A DNA stretch of 61,913 bases, filler included, from Hausera hauseri (Eukaryota), in assembly GCA_046269625.1 (NCBI GenBank). It is 9 parts of 9 records of this genome, joined end to end, with 100 filler letters (N's around TTAATTAATTAA, not from the genome) between each part and the next. Parts side by side here need not be neighbours in the genome. Positions count along the whole stretch, not along the records: positions 57,941 to 61,913 come from JBJURY010847524.1; 8 more parts are not named here. One strand, written 5' to 3'. The position numbers and the translations under genes are program-made. Below the pieces are notes generated by a model. It ran no database searches, had not been told where the DNA came from, and saw only the letters and a list, made by a program, of their open reading frames with translations. This document shows, piece after piece, positions 60,720 through 61,913 of this stretch (position 1 is its first letter; each line of letters opens with the position of its first letter).

Positions 60720-61463
60720 TAAATATGAAATCTTCCAATCCATTCATCTAACATTTTATTCATCTAATGTTTTATTTATTTGACTTTACCAATTCACTTA
60801 TCTAATATTTTATTCATCTTTCCATTGTTAGTGTTGGACAGTGTTATTGTTTCATTTACTGTGTGATACGATTTATCTTTGATTCATTATTAAGACGGCA
60901 CAAGACATACATTTGATGTATCCATGATTTATTTATTGGGTATCATAAATTATTTCAACAAAAAGGTACAATCAATCAAGTATAAATACTTGATGTTTTC
61001 GTGAGCAAAGACACCAAAAAAATACATTAAAGTTGTTACCCTGATACGTATATTTGTTTCAAAATTGTAAGTTTATGAAATTATCATTTGTACCAAATAT
61101 CGTATTTTATTTTATTATATTTTGTTTTCGCTACTTATTTTTTCATTTCTAATTAAGTAAATAATTTAAGTAACTCTAAGTAAAAGAATTGGAACCTATA
61201 GCCGTCCAGGTCTAACGCTACTTGACGGCAGCCTGTATAATTGTCAGTAAAGAGTCAAATATAGCCTTAGTGAATAAAGTAATTACAGGCCCACAGCCTA
61301 CCTGACCCCTACACACGGAGATAAGATAGCGTTAAGTAATGTCCTTGTATCTGTTACACCCCCACGGATTACAAATATTTAAAGTTTATTGTTCACCCAT
61401 TAATTCATTGAAAGTCATAGATTAAACTCTCTGCCAACTTAAAATTCGTGGTCATTGAACAAC

Positions 61464-61480
61464 TGGTGCTGTGACCCGGG
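61464..61480 (+). promoter_or_regulatory. Primer binding site, tRNA-His-like
   Basis: ...GAACA-AC-TGGTGCTGTGACCCGGG upstream of gag. Confidence 0.7.
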
Positions 61481-61532
61481 AAAATATCAAGAAACCTTTA
61501 GACAGAAAGTAAATAAAGATTACGACTAGAAA

Positions 61533-61913
61533 ATGGACTCCGTATAAGGTAGATTTGGACGATAATTTGCCATTTGGTTTAGAATTTATAGATAACCTAA
61601 GTGAAGAAGAAGACAAAATGGCTCGAAATGAACATAATGTAGAACAAGTAATACAATCGAAGGCGGATTTTACGTTACCTATGAAGAAGTTTTCCGGAAA
61701 GGAAGATGTACAATATTTCCTTATGGAATATGAGGTATATTCAAAAAGTTTTTGTTGGAACGACCAACAAAGAATGGAGAGATTACCCCTCCATTTTAAA
61801 GGAAGTGCATTAACGATTTACATCCAGATGCCTGAAGAAGATAAGAAAGATTGGAAAACTGTCAAAGATAAATTGCCTTAGAAGTTCTTAGTTGATCCTT
61901 CCGGTAAAGGGGG
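61533..61913 (+). pseudogene. gag: Ty3/Gypsy Gag N-terminus
   Basis: KFSGKEDV..FL..YE......W......L...FKGSA...Y......W..VK..L; in-frame stops. Confidence 0.8.

Noticed and set aside
61464-61480. Link between the contig 9 Gypsy and the contig 1 ERV via a shared tRNA-His PBS
   Set aside because: The Gag types and base composition are unrelated; primer sharing is common

Overview
This is not one contiguous locus. It is nine unrelated eukaryotic contigs joined by artificial 100-nt spacers (N44-TTAATTAATTAA-N44), and almost all are mobile-element or endogenous-virus sequence. (1) 1-17282 holds a fish-type (epsilon-like, gamma-type Env) retrovirus as two tandem units sharing 585-bp LTRs. Unit A is intact. 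Unit B has a diverged leader/gag/pro, a 2005-bp RT-RNase H deletion and a 3' half essentially identical to A. (2) A BIR/RING-finger gene cluster plus a decayed Gypsy pol. (3) A decayed Polinton/adintovirus morphogenesis module. (4) Fish L2 and RTE LINE pieces, a 3.9-kb GC-rich repeat module and a 28S rDNA fragment. (5) An lmcd1 exon next to two orphan ORFs and a 1.7-kb LTR. (6) A decayed Polinton pPolB. (7) An H2A pseudogene and Gypsy pol. (8) Gypsy remnants. (9) An FN3-like ORF, a tRNA-His PBS and Gypsy gag. The main highlight is the retrovirus. Gag, Pro+2H-phosphoesterase and RT-RH-IN lie in one reading frame separated by two UGA stops in canonical leaky contexts (UGA-CUAG, and UGA-CGG with a 3' long stem). 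Both stops are conserved in the diverged copy. A conserved, unannotated, probably CUG-initiated 85-aa ORF sits just upstream of gag. All family assignments come from motif recognition by eye; no database searches were run.
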